Source: Felis catus (Eukaryota). From it: 64,000 bases of DNA. The DNA is taken from the NCBI RefSeq assembly GCF_018350175.1, contig NC_058368.1, positions 98,644,001 through 98,708,000 on the forward strand. The letters run 5' to 3'. Shown here one piece after another: positions 26,559 to 40,052 of the stretch (positions within the stretch are counted from its first letter, which is position 1; every line of letters begins with the position of its first letter). A program made the position numbers and the translations under genes. The notes under the pieces are model-generated. The model made no database searches. It saw nothing but the letters and a program-made list of their open reading frames with translations, and was not told the origin of the DNA.

Positions 26559-26604
<46 letters not shown>

Positions 26605-26645
26605 ATAAATAAATAAACTTTAAAATAAAAAGGCTATCTTTTAAA
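26372..26645 (+). mobile_element. Can-SINE
   Basis: TSD aaataaagtgag; long (CT)n. Confidence 0.93.
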
Positions 26646-27158
26646 ATAAATAAAGTGAGAAACTATAATATGAAAGTCAATGGAAATGCAAAACGAAAAG
26701 GTGAATTCCTTTCCTCAAGAATTCAGGGAAGAGGCATTTAACTTCAAATGACAGAAGTCTTAAACTTGTTAATTTGAAATAATATGAAAGGTTCTGCCTG
26801 AGTCGATAGGGTGAATATGAAAGACCTTAGGACAGTAAAAATGTGTAGGATAAATTAATAAAGAAACCTTCAGAATTGGTTTTATTATTTGTGGGTGACA
26901 CACTTCGTTTAATGGCATGAATGAAATTAAATGCACTTTGCTTTTGAATTCTGCTTCTCAGTGGAGATGGGTTTAAACATATATTGTGACAGAATTGAAG
27001 AGGGATATTATATCCATCATAAGTTTAATTATATGCCACATATTTCTTTTGCCTAGAAAAAACGGATGGCTTGGAGATATTAAATCCACATCCACGTGTG
27101 CTCACACACACCAAACTGGATCTTGATAAGCAAAGATTAACTTCTAAAAATAAGTCTA

Positions 27159-27386
27159 GGGGCGCCTGGGTGGCTCAGTCGGTTGAGCATCCGACTTTGG
27201 CTCGGGTCATGATCTCAGGGTCCGTGAGTTTGAGCCCCGCATCGGGCTCTGTGCTGACCGCTCAGAGCCTGGAGCCTGTTTCGGATTCTGTGTCTCCCTC
27301 TCTCTCTGACCCTCCCTCGTTCATGCTCTGTCTCTCTCTGTCTCAAAAATAAATAAACGTTAAAAAAAATTTTAAAAAAATAAAAA
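27159..27386 (+). mobile_element. Can-SINE
   Basis: TSD taaaaataagtcta at 27145 and 27387. Confidence 0.96.
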
Positions 27387-27719
27387 TAAAAATAAGTCTA
27401 GTTCATGACTGTATGATGAGAAACTAGTTATTTGCTACCCCCTGTTTTTTTGCATTTACTCTTTTAAGGGGGCGTCATTAGTAAACAATATCTTCTCTGT
27501 GACTTAAAGGACTTTTATATTAAGATGGTGTTTTTTTTATGTTGGTTCGGGTCTCATTCATAGAAATGAGTGGAAATCTCCAAATAAAATTATGTCAGAG
27601 AATCTGATCTAGTAGTTCATAAAATAAAAGAAGAAGAAAAGGCTAGTATACATATGAAAAATTGCTATAGATAGCAGGAGGTAGTCAGACACTTTCAAAA
27701 CAAAGCTAATGAAGATATA

Positions 27720-27870
27720 AATTGGAATAATAGTTCTAGAGAGCAGTTTGTCAGGATATGTCAGGATCCATGCAAACCCTTTGTCCCAGTAATTTCACTC
27801 CAAAGAATCTGTTCCAAGAAAAATAATCAGAGAAGCACAGAAAAATTTAAATAAGAGCATGCATCAAAAT
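27720..27870 (+). mobile_element. Old L1 (L1ME-like) fragment
   Basis: accctttgtcccagtaatttcactccaaagaatct resembles the L1 ORF2 C-terminal region. Confidence 0.55.
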
Positions 27871-29199
27871 ATCTCTATCGGTTTTCTGTTGTTTTCACTG
27901 TTTATTATTTTTCTTCCTAATCCTGGTACTATTTATCTTTTACATTTGACAGTTGTTTCATAGTATCAATTTCCAAATTGGTAAAGAAATATAATAAATA
28001 CTATTTTCAAAAGCATGTATTAAAATTGTCATAGTTAACCCATTTCAATCCCATACCGTGGTAGCCAGTTAAGAATTGAATATTCTTCTTATGGTCTTTG
28101 TTACTCTTTAGGCACAAAATCCCTTTAATTCTTTCTTGTGTCTGTGACCGAAATGTTTTAAATGGTAGACACCAGAAACTGTAATAAAAAGCCAACCCAT
28201 AAGTAAGAGGCTCTGTGTGCTGAAAATGCAGGGCCACCTGGTGTGGAATCCACAGATCTTGTGTTAGATTCCGGCTCTGTGACTAACCTTTGGCAAGTCT
28301 GTTAATCCCTCTGGAGGCAATTTTCTTTTTATTACTTGAAACATATGATGTTGTTGCTTTTGTTGGTTGAAACATTTCTATAGTGGCAATTTCTTGTTCA
28401 ACACAATAAAGTGAATAATAGATTTTCTCCTAGCACCAGTGATCTGTAAGTGTATTGCAGAGTTAAGGCTGAATTGTCTTAAACAAATAGTTTCATCTTC
28501 AAATAATCTGCTTCAAGAGGCAAAGGAGACTCTGGCCATTCACAAACATTCACATATTCACTAGTGAAATGGTTAGGTTATTCTTTCATTTATTCCTGGT
28601 TCCCAATCCTGTGTTACGTTGAGGCACAAAAATAAAATACTAGCGGCCCACTAGGTTGAAAAGAGTTAATTGGTACATGTTCAATCTTGAAGACACCAAA
28701 TTCCAATAGTCTAAGAAAGTTTAAGTATAAATTAGAAAATATCAGAATTGAGAATTTTTTAAAATGTCATAAAAATAATAGGTCAGACTCTAGGGACTAA
28801 AGTATTTTGTGTTTGATGAAATGAGGGAAAAGGAGAGAAAATGTAAATTAAAGAAAAATATTTACTTTAAAATGATGTAACTTATAAGAGTGTGAAGTTT
28901 TTTAAAGAAATTATACAATTCTATTCTTTTACAGTTTCCATGAAGTGATACAATCTTACATGGTCTCATTTTAAGGGGATGGAAAGTGAGTTTGTTGATA
29001 CAGTATGTATGCTCTAATAGAAATAACAATAGACATGGAGTCATTGCAGGGAAAATCTGGAATCTGATTGCTGTACTCCTAAGAGGGCAGAGATTCAGAT
29101 AACCTCATGAGCTAAAGATATTTGTTATCATTCTAGTAAGATTCATGCTTCTTTGGGAAAAGAAACTGTAAAATAATCCACCTGTTGGAAGCAGTGATA

Positions 29200-30215
29200 C
29201 TTGGCAGAGGTTCAGGACCCCCCTCTCCCCGACCCCCCCACCAACACACTCTCTTCTTCCCTCTGCCCTGGCCATGGTGCTGATTCTGCTGGAAGTAAAC
29301 AGCCAATCACGGTGCATTATCTCACACTGGAAGAATGTCACCGGCAACACACCAGAATCAGAATCAGTAGACATGCATTCGGGGTCTTGCAACATATCAT
29401 ATTCTAGTAGAGACAAACCAAAAGGGATGGAGAGAATTTCTTTGAGTTCCTACCAGGCGTTTCTTATATACAAAGCTGTTGAGTTAGTAGAGAAATCATG
29501 TGGATATGTGCAGTCTTTTTCAGCTACTCCTTTGAGACTTCCTGTTTTGAAGAAGTCTGTCATGTCCTGGATGACATGTTGAAAAGAAACTTTTTTGCTC
29601 CAGTCTTTGCGAAGTACTTCAAATTAACAAAGAGAGCAGTGAGTCACTCCTCATAGGGTTCACATGGGCAATGAATGTTTGGTCCAAGAAGGGCAGTCTC
29701 TGGAAGAAAATGATGATGTGGTCAGTAGGGAGGCACTCATGCAGGAATTCAGAAGAGGGCACTGAGCCAGTTCCTTGCTGCACAGCCGTACAGTCCCCAT
29801 TAGCCACAGGGAACCGCTCTAAAGCCAGGACTCTGAAGGGGATGACAGTGGCTGTGGCCTTTCCATGCTGCTTCTTAGGCATATCAGATGAGAATGCCAG
29901 AGAGTCACACACTCTGGAATTACCTGCGCCTTCACGTGAAATCCCTCAGGGCCCGTCATCACAAATCTTAGGCAAAGAAATGTTCTGCATTTTCAGGGGT
30001 TTAATCCCACTGACTAATAGAACTGGAAGACATTGTTGATGGTAGAGGGCAGGAGCACGTGTGCTTGATATTGGCAGCTTTCAATATAGCATGTCTCCAG
30101 GTTCTTAGAAATTCTTTCAGTTTGGTATTATTTTGTTTTTCTCTACACATTTGCAATGTCATCTGGAGAATCAAGCTGTGTTTCCGTAGTGTCAAGAATA
30201 ATGCTAAAAAGAATT
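29200..30215 (+). pseudogene. ARPC2: Old processed pseudogene of Arp2/3 complex subunit 2 (p34-Arc)
   Basis: Collinear intronless blocks versus recalled ARPC2: LILLEVN (MILLEVN); ISYSSRDKPKGMERISLSSY ([20 protein letters not shown]); MLKRNFFAPVFAKYFK at 29576 (MLKRNCFASVFEKYFQ); EENDDVVSREALMQEFRRG (KDDDDVVIGKVFMQEFKEG); SHREPL (SHREPP); HTLWNYLRLHVKSLRA (HTFRDYLHYHIKCSKA). Many frameshifts and stops; 30045-30200 resembles the ARPC2 3'UTR. Confidence 0.92.
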
Positions 30216-31479
30216 ACACCTGGTTAATTTAATCCTCTCTCTTTTCTCTTCTCCTGCTCTTTTTCTTCTGCCTTTCCAAATACTTTTCTGACTACTAGAG
30301 ATGAGTTGCAGGATAATAGAAACTTAATGAGGCTTCTCATAAGTGTTTGAATCGAAAACACGAATGTCTAAAGAAATACTGATGGGCTCCTTAATAAAGG
30401 AACAATTTCTAATCCATTTGGTTATTAAGTGCTCCTAAGCAAGTGTCATAAAAACAGCCCAAGTCCTGGATAAGAACTCTAACAGGGGATTCGTTGCTTT
30501 CAGTGTATCTGAATACAGCCTCTGCTTCCTGTTTGGGCAGGTGTCCAGTCACAAATGGATTTCTCAAATGGGCTCCTTTGCACCTCGCTTACCAGATGGA
30601 GAGGGTTTGAGTAGGTGAAGCTGAGATTCCAAATGTGGTTCTCAAATTTTACTTTGAGATTGTTCATCCTAAGAATTATTAGTCTCCCCATCACTGGAGG
30701 ATAAAGGTTACATGCATTTGGCAGTTGTATTAAGTGTCAATTATTTAAATGGAAAAAGTGGCATGGAATTTTCCATTTTTTCTTTTACAACAGATCGCTA
30801 TGGAGTAAGTTTTAAACAGGTTGAAACCTTCTGTTGTCTTTTCTCTTTTAATAAATCTCAGAAGCTGTATGACATCAAAATTGCTCATGAATTATTTGCA
30901 CATCTACCTGAAGCTAATATCTACTTTTTAAATTTACTACCTCTCTTCTGAAAGTGTGTATATTTGTGTTTTATGTATCTATGTATACATATATATGTAC
31001 ATATATATATTAATAAAAATACACTTCATTTTTGTAAAGTCACACATAAGCTCATATTGCATCCTGACAGAGTCATATCATGTAAAAAGAATAAAACTTT
31101 GCTTGCCTTGAAAACTTAAAAATACTGATTTCCCAGTAATGACACTTTAAAAACATATGAAGAAACAGGCAAACATATACTATGAGACCATACAGTATTT
31201 TCATATGAATGACCTATGAGTCATCCCCTATGTATCTCTGTTTCCATTTAGAATTTTGATAAAAATTACCTTTTAGGTTTATTTACAATTCTATTTTTTA
31301 TTCCCTTTTATAGAGAAAGGACAAATATGATCTTATTTTATAAGAAATCCCTGCAAATAAAAATGGAAACATTGGAATATATATTTTGTTTAGATATTTC
31401 TAAATAATGTTTGAAATTTTGTCCCAGAGATATGGCTTCATGTTCACTGAACACATACGTGCTGTAAGCTGACCTGGTT

Positions 31480-31965
31480 TGTGTGAATTAGGACTCTGTT
31501 AAAAATGCAGATTATAGAAAACCTGATTAAGAGTGGCTTAAGTTTATTGTGGTGATTTTTCTTATGTAACAGTTCTGAGGCAGGCAATCCAAGTCTAAAG
31601 CAACATATTCATAGTATCATGATGCACTTAGACATTTTCTGTCTTTCTGTTTCTCCACCCATGTCATGTGATTTTTTTTTTTTTCTGATGGTGATAAAAT
31701 GACTGCTGCATGTCCAGCATCACATCAGTTTTCAGGCAGAAAGAAGCGAGGAGAGCAAGAGGCTAATGAGGGCTCAGAAAAGCTTGCCAGCTGTCTATTC
31801 CTTTAAAAAAGTTTCCTATCTGTTCCATCTCATCGAACATAGTGGGTCCCATGACAGGAAAGGGGGCGAGAAAGGGGAGTAGTTTAGCTTTCTGGCCTCA
31901 GAAGAAGAAGGCAACTACAGTGGCTTTGGAGATGTCTGCCAGCCCATTCATTGCAACTGTCTGTC
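31480..31965 (-). mobile_element. MaLR solo LTR (MLT1-like)
   Basis: ttaggactct...agaaaacc...agtggcttaag...tcttatgtaac...aaaatgactgctgca pattern. Confidence 0.6.
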
Positions 31966-32196
31966 AGTGGTCACACCAGGCAAAGCAGTCTAGCTAAGCA
32001 GCTACTTCTTTTCATTCTGATCGTTGAATGATTTGACTTATAAGTCAGTTTTTATTTTTGAGAGTGTATCCAGAAGCTCTGCAGAAATTAGATACCTAAA
32101 GATACCGTTTTTCTGAAGCCTGTCACAACTGCACTTCTATGAGATAATACTCCACATTTAGTCATAGAGATTTACACTCTCTGAGGCATTTTTATG

Positions 32197-32198
<2 letters not shown>

Positions 32199-32238
<40 letters not shown>
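32199..32238. repeat. (TG)n microsatellite
   Basis: Direct reading. Confidence 0.97.
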
Positions 32239-32240
<2 letters not shown>

Positions 32241-32709
32241 CTACATTTGTCAAAGCTAAAATGGGCATTAAGATTTATTTCTATTTTTGATGACATTATG
32301 TCTAGAGAATATTTACTTCAATTACAAAACAACCTTTTTATTGATTATCATTCCAAATTTATGGGTAGTGGTTTTCAATTTGAAAAATCTTGCAGTTAGC
32401 AAAAATGGCAATTGTATGCCTGCGTGCAGACAGATGGCATACCTCAGCAATTTAGTTTGTTCATCTTACAGAAAAGTATGAATTCCCTCAGGACCAACGT
32501 GCCTAGTTCATATCAGCTATGGAGGCAGCAAGAGTAAAATGTGAGACTGACACAATGTGGACATAGTCTGTCTGTAAAGCCTGAAGAATGAAATTCAATA
32601 TTTTGGTGATTTTTATGATTGTGTTTTGCTTTGTTTTATATATTTTAATTAAAAACATCTTTTTTTCCATTAATAACTACATGCTCAAGTCTATTATTAT
32701 GATATAACT

Positions 32710-32890
32710 TGAACTTTGTCAGAGAACACAGATTCAGAGTATTTAAGATGTCCGACTTCGGTCAAGTTCCTGAGTGGGGAGTGTGAGCTTCTGTTTTCTT
32801 CTTTGCAAATGGGGACATTACCACACGAATCACAGTCATGTTTCCGTGAGATAAAACATGGGACGTGCCTAGCACAGAGCCTGGGCAGAG
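32710..32890 (+). mobile_element. MIR SINE
   Basis: gagcttctgttttcttctttgcaaatggggac...gtgagataaa...cctagcacagagcctgg. Confidence 0.65.
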
Positions 32891-33186
32891 CAAAGACTTA
32901 GTTTCTTTTCCTTCCTTCCTCTTTATTTCTAGCTTTTTACCTTCATACCTGAAAGTGCCTAGCTCTTTTATAATCTTTATTTCAGATTGGGGCGGGGGCA
33001 GGTGTGTGCTGGGGAAAGAGAAAGGTACAATAGTGAACAGAGTTGCAGAGTCATTCTGGAGTGTCCCAGGAGCTTAGAGATTCAGAGGACAGCAGTCGCT
33101 GCCAGAGAAATCTTTTCCAGAACTTTTAAAACTATGTCCTGTTGGGTTTGTATGGAGACAACTGGACATCAAAGCCGTGCATTCGT

Positions 33187-33660
33187 ATCAGCAGCAGATA
33201 CCGCTGGTTGCCTGCTCCCTGCAGATTCCCTCTTCCTCCCTTCATGTCACAATCTTGCATTGGTTTGAGGTGCTCACGTGTCCACGACATACATATAATT
33301 TTCAGCCTCTTTTGCTAAATTGTGATGCAGTCAGGTAGTGACATCTAAATGTAAGGCATTGGTAGCGCTTCTGGGAAACCTTTTAAAAGGGAGTAGATGG
33401 TGGCACATACAATTTCTCCTTTTCCTTCCTTTCCTCCCTTCCCATTGCCTGGCATAGGGAGACACAGTTGCCCTTCTAAACCATGAGGATGAAAGCCACA
33501 CACAAAGATGGGTGACATCTGGAGTATTCTTTCTAGACTTCTTTTGGTTGTGGTATTTTCCCTGGAGGGCTTAATATTGGGCTTTCTATCGCGTAAACCC
33601 CTATGTGCTAAGAGCAGTGTTATTTATTTATATTTTTTACATGCAGCTGTATCCAGTTTT
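33187..33660 (+). mobile_element. MaLR solo LTR (MLT1J/K-like)
   Basis: gcagataccgctggttgcctgc...ttcagcctcttttgct...cttctgggaaaccttttaaaaggg...accatgaggatgaaagccacac. Confidence 0.65.
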
Positions 33661-33990
33661 CAGCTGTTGAAATAACTTAAAAGAGAATGTGTGGATACTA
33701 ATGACAATTCACCCTCCTAATAGCCCTCTGCTGCCATATGATAAAATCTGCTTCCTTCACTTGATAGTCCAGGAAGCCCCAACTACTTTAGAAATCACAG
33801 TAGAAAGGAGGGGCTTTAGAACAATGGTATTCTCTTTCCGTTCATCATTAAATTCCCATACTCACAGGCTCACACTTCTCTACTGTGTGCAGAATACACC
33901 TACATTATAAAACCTGTTTTTACTTAGCGGCGCCTTAGTGGGTAACATCCTTCCGCAAACATTCTTTTCCTATATACAAGGATCATGTTT

Positions 33991-34012
33991 TATCTATCTA
34001 TCTATCTATCTG

Positions 34013-34057
<45 letters not shown>

Positions 34058-34060
34058 ATC
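33991..34060. repeat. (TATC)n microsatellite in SINE tail
   Basis: Direct reading. Confidence 0.95.
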
Positions 34061-34209
34061 TAGAGATAGCTTGAGCAGGGGAGAGGGGAAGGAGGAAAGA
34101 GAATCTCTGCATGGAGCCTGATGCAGGGCTCGATCACACGACCTTCAGATCATGACTTGAGCCGAAATCAAGAGTTGGATGCTCAACAACTGAGCTACTC
34201 AGGCACCCC
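34060..34209 (-). mobile_element. Can-SINE, internally shortened
   Basis: gatcatgacttgagccgaaatcaagagttggatgctcaac...caggcacccc. Confidence 0.9.
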
Positions 34210-37200
34210 TCCTCTTAGGTTTTAAAGCATGAATTTGGGGACAGAGCTACTGTATGATTATGATCTGCTTTATCAAACAGTGAAAATGTTAAATATGTAA
34301 ATGCTGCATATGAGTACATTAAACCATAATGTCATAAGAAGTACTAGGGTTGTCATTGTCTGAATTTAAACATTCATTACTAAATGCTTTTATTCTGTAT
34401 AACTTGTAAATTCTGCTGGGTGAGGTTGGATGGTGATGATAATTTGCTTAGTAAGATAAAATTTGTCAAACTGGAAATATATAGTGATGGGCCTAGCTTC
34501 CTCATAAATGGGGGGGCTGTCGATTATATAGCCCTATCTTCTGTTTACGTTACCGTGAATCTAGATAGTGAATTTCTAATTAGCTGACAAAACGCAGTAG
34601 TGTAGTAAATCCTTGTCCTATACATTCACGCATGTTTTGTGTTTCTTGTATTCATCTTGTAAATACTTTAACTCACATGGTTTATGAGCAGCACAGGCCC
34701 ACTATGGTGTAATCATACATCTGTGGGCCAGATTTTCCCCTTGGCTTCTGTTGGAGTTTTCTGCCTCCATCTGTAGGACTGTTTACAACCATATGCTTTG
34801 GGGATCATGTGAGAGAAAAAAGGGCTGGTTAAGAACACCAGAAGATGGATGGCAAGCCATTCTGGGCTACTGAAATTTTTCAGTTGATGCAGCCGGGGAA
34901 AGTATGCTGCTTGCCAAGGCTCTGTTTTCTCAGCGTGGGGGTATAGGGAATAATGGCTGAGAAGCACCCTACCCCCAGGGTTTCTCTATCTATTGACAGT
35001 TCCTTTTGCCATTCTTCATAGTTAAATGCAGTAGTATCTAGACATTACTTGGGAGAGAGGGGGAGGATTGAAATTTGAGAAGGAGAGCTATCAATTTTAT
35101 GCTACTGGTGGCTGTTGAATTTTTGTCATGTTTCAGTGTTAATGGAACTGCAGTTTTCCCCTAGAGTATTGAATTGGAGTGGGAGGAAATTCTTGTGAAT
35201 TTCAGGCAAATGACAGGTGACTATCAGGGCAGTTCACTTTTCCTTGTGTCTGTTCAATCAGAAGTATGGACTAAGAGGAAATGAATAACCTGAATGTGCT
35301 GCTGAATTTTGTGTCAGCATTGAGTCATATTTACTCCATAATAGATCATCAAGACTTTAAGTGCTTTTATCAGGATATTTCTTCAGCTTGACATGTTGGG
35401 CTTCTGGTGTATGGGGATTACTGACTCCCTGTTCAGTATACTGCCCTCTACAAGGGGGTGTTTGTACTAGTGTATTGACACTAGTCAATAAGGCTTCTTT
35501 ATAATAATAAGTCAATAAGGCTTCTTTAACCAAAAAGACTTTCCAGAAGAGCCAGTGCATGAAAGGTTAAAAGATCCTTATGGTAAAATGTCCCAAACTG
35601 GATAAATACCTGTTTTATCCTAGCCAGGCTTACTAAGGTGTATTGTCATTAACTTACTCTGACTTAGTGTTCGTTTCTCAACTGTTGAAGTGGGAGAATG
35701 ATTTATGCCTGCTTCCCAAGAGATGGAGTTACAAGCAAAGTACTCATGATTGGCACAACACTTGGGGTTCTCAGAAGGCTATGATAGCATTCAATGCATT
35801 ACATAGGAGCTTGTTAATGTATGTTAGAATACAGTTCATAATGGGAATATGAGAAATGGATAGGTCTTGACAGTCAAAACCGCTCCTCAGTTGAAACCGC
35901 TAAGATGTAAAATTACTCTCCGGCATTGCTTATCATTGTGCAACAGAGCCTGCTATCTTTGAGGGATTATTTTGAACTTCCTATCATTTGTAGAAAAGGA
36001 TCATGTCCCATGAAATGCCATCTGTACCCACATATTGGATGTCAGACATGGTATGATGCCACTATTTATTTATTTATTTTTAACTATCATAAGCAACCTT
36101 ATAACATGGCTGATAAAGGGGATAGGATGCACTGGGTGATAGTGAGGGGGAATTTGAAAATCACCTTATTAGATAAATGAATTCTACTTAGTGTGGTCCC
36201 CAAACTGGAATACCTAGAGGATTCCTATGTATCCCAAACCCTAGAATTTAGACAGATTTAATAGACAATTAGCGTGTCGTATATATCTCTGATGCAGCGT
36301 GGACAAGGAATCAGGAGACCCAAATTGCACTCCTGGCCCTGCCTGGTATTGTGCCATGGGCCTTTAGTTATCTCATCAGTGAAATACGTGGGGTGCCTCT
36401 TTTTACTTACTTGGAAGCACTAATGTCATGTGTTTAAGAGTACAGTACGATATTATGAGATATGGTCTGGTGTTCAGCCTTATGGTTTCAGAAACCTGAT
36501 TTATTGGCATACTGAATGTGACTCCGTCTCTTAGGATCCCCCACACAAGCTCCAATAAACTAATGAATAAAAGCAGAATGCCAATGTATTAATATAAAAT
36601 GAGAAATAACACTACCAGAGGGGCCATCAGCTTTTGGCTAGCTGATTTTCTTCCTAAAGGCAGGCTACTTGGGAAACCAGAATATAATTAAAAGCCTATA
36701 CAGGTTGAATGAAATCAGTTTAGATTAAATGGCATCAATCTAAAGTAACTTCACTTGAGCATGTAAGGCTTTATTTATCCCTGGGACCAGAGAGAATATA
36801 TCTTTGGGCCAAAGCATTCCCTCCCTGGGACCATGCCTCTGAGAATGTTCCCTTTCCACATCTTTCTAAATTTCCATTGCCAGCTCTTCTGACTGGTTCA
36901 TTATTATTGATGATAGCCAGGTTTCCATGTCTGGGAGCCATTTCTGTCTCTTCAAAATGACTTACCTTATCTCTCTCTAACCCATTATGTACTAATTTTA
37001 TAATTCAATTTTCAGAAGGAAACCTTATCTCTCTTATTTCTAAGTTCTTGGTGGAATTTCTCTCCATAGCCCTGGCCCTCTACTCACTGCCTATGTTAGG
37101 TTAATTCAACATTGAGAGAAGTCAGGTCTAGGGCAACTTTCTACTCACTTAATGCATTTATTTGGGAAGTTCTTGGTGTTTAAGAGGCAGTTAGACTTTT

Positions 37201-37372
37201 CAGGTTTACTCTTATCCTATAGAAAATAATCAAATTCCTTCGATTTTGACAACAGAGAAGAAATAATATTACATTTTGGTCCCAGTTTAGTGTTCAATAA
37301 AAAGACAAGCACACAAACAAAAACCTGTGGATGTGTCATTTCCACTGATTTATCTTAGGAAAGTAAAGGATA

Positions 37373-37583
37373 GGGGAGCCTGGGTGGCTCAGTTGGCTGA
37401 GTCTCTGACTTTGGCTCAGGTCATGATCTCACAGTTCATAGGTTCGAGCCCTGTGTCGGGCTCTGTGCTTACAGCTCAAAGCCTGGAGCCTATTTTGGAT
37501 TGTGTCTCCTTCTCACTTTGCCCCTCCCCCGCTTGTGCACACTTGCTCTCTCGCTCTCTCTATAACATAAACATTAAAGAAAA
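37373..37583 (+). mobile_element. Can-SINE
   Basis: ggggagcctgggtggctcagttgg head; TSD-like gaaagtaaa. Confidence 0.94.
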
Positions 37584-38409
37584 GAAAGTAAAAGAAAAAA
37601 AAAAACCCTGCCCTTACTGGAGGTCTTCTAGGAAAATGAACAACCATTGTTTTTGGAAGCTTTGGTGTAAGAGAAATCTGTTTGAAGTCCCTAAGACCCA
37701 CAGTTAAATTATTCAGTTTTTTTCACCGCACCAATTAGGTCACGCTTTATTAGTGTGGTTAAGGAACCCTGAGAGGAAAGATGCTAATGGAGTTTCAAAA
37801 ATTTTCCCCCTCACAGCTGTGCTGAATTTCAGCCCTGCCCCAGATTCAGGCACCTACCTGCTTTGTATGCTACCAGCACGACCCAGAACTCTTGATATTG
37901 CTGGCCTCCCCTTGTGTTGACTTGTTCTCCCTGCTCCCCATGCAGGGGCTAGTGTTTAGGGTACAAGTCTCCTTCCCTCATGCAACTGCTGTCTTTTGCT
38001 TTTCCAGGAGGCATAACTTCCTGTTTCTGGCAGGTTTCTGAGCAGCCGGCTTGTGAGGGCTCCAGGGGATCAAATCCATAAAAGACCCCAATTTTTTCAA
38101 ACTCCATTAGTATCTTTCCTGTCAGAGTTCCTGGCTGTGGCTTCTATACTTAGTTAACAAAATGAGCAGTCATGAGGATGGGGTGGAGGAGTGCCAGGAA
38201 GGCTGGAGTACCTCTGGTGAAACTTGGTATATGGAAATCCCTTCCTCGGGGACTCTTGTTCCTGGCCATTCTTCCCACACATTTGGAAGGGATGCATGAA
38301 TGTTATCTTACAGGAGGTTGGATTATGGTAGCAGAGAAAAATGAGGATGACACTGAGGAGGTATTGCCTATAGGCACTCTTTAAAGAGCCGGCTTTAAGA
38401 CTTAAATCA

Positions 38410-38603
38410 GGGGCGCCTGGGTGGCTCAGTCAGTGAAACGTCAAACTCTTGATTTCGGCTCCGGTCATGAGTTCACACCGCCCAATATGGTTCTGCACTG
38501 ACAGTGGCGTGGAGCCTGCTTGGGATTCTCTCTCTTCCCCTTCCCTGCTCTGACCCCCACCCCCACCCCCTCTCTCAAAATAAATAAATAAACTTTTTTT
38601 TAA
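38410..38603 (+). mobile_element. Can-SINE
   Basis: Degenerate TSD aagactta(aa/gg)tca. Confidence 0.93.
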
Positions 38604-38614
38604 AAGACTTAGGT

Positions 38615-38947
38615 CATTCTACTTATAACTTTTCAGTGACTTCCTAGTAAATTTAAATTTTGACATCTCATCATGGCCATCTGTCGTAGCCTACCTTTCC
38701 AGGCTTACCTCAGACCTCATTCTCCTTTGCTCTTTATACCATAGCCGCACTGCTCCCCTTCTGGGTCTCAAAACCTCATACTCTATGGGCTCAAAGGCTT
38801 CACATCTGCTTCTTGAGACCTGACCCTCCTCTTCTTCAGCTGATTCATTCTCATTCATGGTGAGATCCTGATTGCTGGCCCTGTCCTATGTTCCCATTTT
38901 TCATAGAACTTCTCATAGGACTTGTCACAGTTTGGACTTTTATATTT

Positions 38948-38993
<46 letters not shown>

Positions 38994-39125
38994 AATTGAC
39001 AAGCTTACAAGGCTAGCAAGAACATCCGTCTCATATGTTACCATGTGCTTAGCCTTTAGCACCACCTCTAGCATATAGTAGGCGCTCAATAAGTATTTTA
39101 TAAGTGAATGGTGAATAGATGAATC
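38615..39125 (+). mobile_element. L2 3' end containing a (TG)n at 38950-38990
   Basis: Ends ctagcatatagtaggcgctcaataagtatttt...gtgaatggtgaatagatgaat. Confidence 0.75.
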
Positions 39126-39331
39126 TTAAGGTTCCAGTCTAACGATGTGCAAGTGGCATCCACAATGCTGGCATAGTCGCTAAATCCAAGGATTCAAAAT
39201 TAGTTCTGTATAGAACTAATATTAGGATTTGTGATAAAGGAATATTGATGCATTTTCTTTAACTTCCACAGATATGTATATGGAGTGTATCATCTGTCCC
39301 CTAATATCTTCCAGGGACTCCTTAATTCTTA

Positions 39332-39542
39332 CTTTTTTTTTAATGTCTATTTTTGAGAGTGAGAGAGAGAGACAGAATGAGGGGGGGAGGGGCAGAGAGA
39401 GAGGGAGACACAGAATCCGAAGCAGGCTCCAGGCTCCAAGCTGTCAACACAGAGCCTGACGCGGGGCTCAAACCCACGGGTCCTGAGATCATGACCTGAT
39501 CCGAAGTCGGACACTTAACCCACTGAGCCACCCAGGCACCCC
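39332..39542 (-). mobile_element. Can-SINE
   Basis: Full SINE in reverse. Confidence 0.95.
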
Positions 39543-40052
39543 TCCTTTGTTTTTTTAATAGAGAGATAAATGTTAAATGTCCTGTTCAGATGAAGTGCCA
39601 TTCTAACATAATCTCTTTGGTAAATTAATGAAAGAGTGATACGTGATTGATAATACCGGGGATGTAATGCCGATGATGATCTGGATGGCAGGAACTTTGT
39701 GTAATGTAGCTGATGGTGGCACCTGTCTTTGGAAATTCCTTGGCTTAAACAGCATCAGGGATGCCCTCCCTATGGATCATTGTTCTTTTAAAATCTTTAT
39801 CTACTCAGTCACTCTAAAAAAACAAACAAACAGGTTAATAGTATGTTGTACTCACACATGTATGTGCATATTCATTTGCGCGGTAAACATGTGTTTCTCA
39901 CAAAAAGCAATGTGTTACAGAACGTTCACCCCTGGAAAGAGAAATATACAGTGTACCTTGTGTGGATTGGGATTATGCAAAGATCCCACATCCATTTCCT
40001 TTATAGCATCTATATATTCTGATATTATTTTGATTTTATTCAGTTGGAAGTG

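Noticed and set aside
35440..35456. CTCF-like motif (minus strand cttgtagagggcag)
   Set aside because: Mismatches at core positions; not supportable without data
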